A stretch of 64,000 nucleotides of DNA from Macrostomum lignano (taxonomy: Eukaryota), in assembly GCA_002269645.1 (NCBI GenBank), contig NIVC01002059.1:124001-188000 (forward strand), read 5' to 3'. A program made the translations under genes and the position numbers. Positions 62,457 to 64,000 of this stretch are shown in pieces. The notes beneath the pieces are model-generated. The model saw only the letters and a list, made by a program, of their open reading frames with translations. It ran no database searches and was not told the DNA's origin. How positions within the stretch are numbered: position 1 is the stretch's first letter; each line of letters starts with the position of its first letter.

Positions 62457-63224
62457 CTATTCTTTTTTTATTTGAATAACACCCATGCTCCAATAGGTTT
62501 TATATTTATTTGAACACATTAACATGTCTTCAATATCATTTTTTAAGGTGTAAAGTTCCTCAAATGTTATATTTAGCTTAAAAAAACGAGGATAATCATG
62601 TAATGTTTTACTAAGAGACAACATTTTTCTAATAGTGCTTTTAGCATATGTTATCCCATGTCGTTGCAAAAACTCCAAAACCTGATCATCACAACTTTTA
62701 CATTTAACAGTTTCTTCAGGATGTTCTATTCTATGTTTCGCTGCGTTGTGGTTAAGCCATACACCACAGATGTATGTGGCAATGAGCATACGATTATTAC
62801 ATCTTTTTAAACTTGTGACTGCCGTCTGTAGTTGTTCTTCTACAGATAACGGCTTATTCGTATCAACAATAGAATAGGGGTGATTAAATTCATCGACCCC
62901 TTCAAATTCAAATACTTTTTCGCAAAGATATTGATGAAGCGTCTCACCAGTTGTCCGTAGTTTTTGCTTCTTTACTTTTACTTTCTTTCTTGCTGGTTGA
63001 TCTTGATCCTCATCTACATCCATGCGCTCTTCATTTAATTTTTTTGATCGATCTTCTAAATTGCCACAACTAGGTACTAAGGGGCAATCTAATGTAACTT
63101 TTAAATGAATTAAATCATCTTCAGATAAGAGTAGTTCGTGTTTATTGTTATCTTTTGCTAACTCATTTAGCTGTAAAATTTTAGAGAAGAGAGATAGATC
63201 TGGTGTGACAGACAAGTCAGACAT
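62457..63224 (-). CDS. Viral ORF of unknown function (255 aa), basic NLS-like patch, helical C-terminal domain
   Basis: Intact ORF with AAAAATG start; RKKVKVKKQK; CKSC motif. Confidence 0.7.
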   Translation of the reverse strand: MSDLSVTPDLSLFSKILQLNELAKDNNKHELLLSEDDLIHLKVTLDCPLVPSCGNLEDRSKKLNEERMDVDEDQDQPARKKVKVKKQKLRTTGETLHQYLCEKVFEFEGVDEFNHPYSIVDTNKPLSVEEQLQTAVTSLKRCNNRMLIATYICGVWLNHNAAKHRIEHPEETVKCKSCDDQVLEFLQRHGITYAKSTIRKMLSLSKTLHDYPRFFKLNITFEELYTLKNDIEDMLMCSNKYKTYWSMGVIQIKKE

Positions 63225-63644
63225 TTTTAACCGAGTAACTCTTCAAAAGTAGTTGTATAAATAAGCTTTCTTCCTTACCCGACAGACTTTGAGGGGGGGG
63301 GGGTGTCCGCCTGATAGCGGCGAGACGACTTGGCTTTGGGGATAAGGGGAGAGAATTGAGTAGACTGAGAAGAGCTGTGGGACGAGGGACAATGGAGGAT
63401 CGGGGGGTATGGTTTTGGTTGGCCATACGTATGCCATACGTAGCATACACGTGCTGCGGGATTGACTGTAGGTAGAGAAGTGGAAAGAGAGAGAACTTGC
63501 TATGTAGAAATAAATGCTCGCGGTGAGGAGACGCTTTTGCATAGGAAGAGAGGTTCTCTCTGTATACGGGGCCTGCGTACTCTGAGTTAGTGAGGGCATG
63601 AAGCTTTTGCATGGGGGAAGAGATATTTGCTCTGTACATGTTCG

Positions 63645-63805
63645 GCGGCGGAACATTTGTTGGGCTGAGGAACAAATGTTCGGCTGAGGAACATTTGTTC
63701 GGCTGAGGAACATTTGTTCGGCGACAGAACATTTGTTCGGCTGAGCAACATTTGTTCGGCTGAGGAACATTTGTTAGGCGACAGAACATTTGTTCGGCTG
63801 AGGAA
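63645..63805 (+). repeat. 19-bp tandem repeat ACATTTGTTCGGCTGAGGA near the right end of the virus
   Basis: About 8 imperfect copies. Confidence 0.9.
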
Positions 63806-63964
63806 TATTTGTAGCTGGCTCTGTAGCTGGTGCCCTAGAGGGTAGTTTTACATTTTCCCTTAGATAAATAGTTGCAAGCGTTGATTTTAGATGTAAGAGC
63901 ATTGTGTATGAATAGATCTTAGTAGACATTAACAAGCCTGGCAGAACTGTTCAGTGTGAGTTCC

Positions 63965-64000
63965 TATAATAAGAACCTGGAGAGACAACTGGAAACATTT
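63965..64000 (-). repeat. Inner end of the right terminal inverted repeat (continues beyond the window)
   Basis: Exact reverse complement of 48853-48888. Confidence 0.85.

Larger units (their letters stand above)
48337..64000. mobile_element. Endogenous Polinton/Maverick (adintovirus-like) dsDNA virus; left terminus not fixed, right terminus beyond the window
   Basis: Intronless, densely packed, AT-richer ORFs: pPolB, rve integrase, packaging ATPase, cysteine protease, major and minor capsid-like proteins, PLA2. Inverted repeat between 48853-48888 and 63965-64000. Confidence 0.95.

Overview
This is eukaryotic (metazoan) genomic DNA, not prokaryotic. GC-rich exons with GT-AG introns sit in AT-rich spacers. 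The style is consistent with a flatworm such as Macrostomum, but that is inference only. Host genes in 1-47.9 kb: a single-exon Mab-21/cGAS-like protein with degenerate catalytic residues (-), a 5-exon Pumilio (+), a divergent FoxA-type forkhead gene (-), a RING-CH/MARCH-type membrane E3 ligase (-) and a 4-exon coatomer delta (+). About 15 unrelated mini/microsatellite arrays fill introns and spacers and account for nearly all the long low-complexity ORFs in the track. There are also two complete hAT-type MITEs with 8-bp TSDs and a tRNA-derived SINE. From about 48.3 kb to the window end lies a near-complete endogenous Polinton/Maverick (adintovirus-like) virus. It encodes minor and major capsid proteins, an A32-like packaging ATPase, an adenain-like protease, an EndoVII-containing protein-primed PolB, an rve integrase, a parvovirus-type PLA2 and a two-TM membrane protein. 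It also carries an adenovirus pX-like gene missed by the ORF track, and the inner edge of a terminal inverted repeat. PolB, the protease and the pX-like gene are broken only by single-base indels. The same kind of indel hits the host Pumilio gene, so the virus may be intact and the lesions may be assembly errors.
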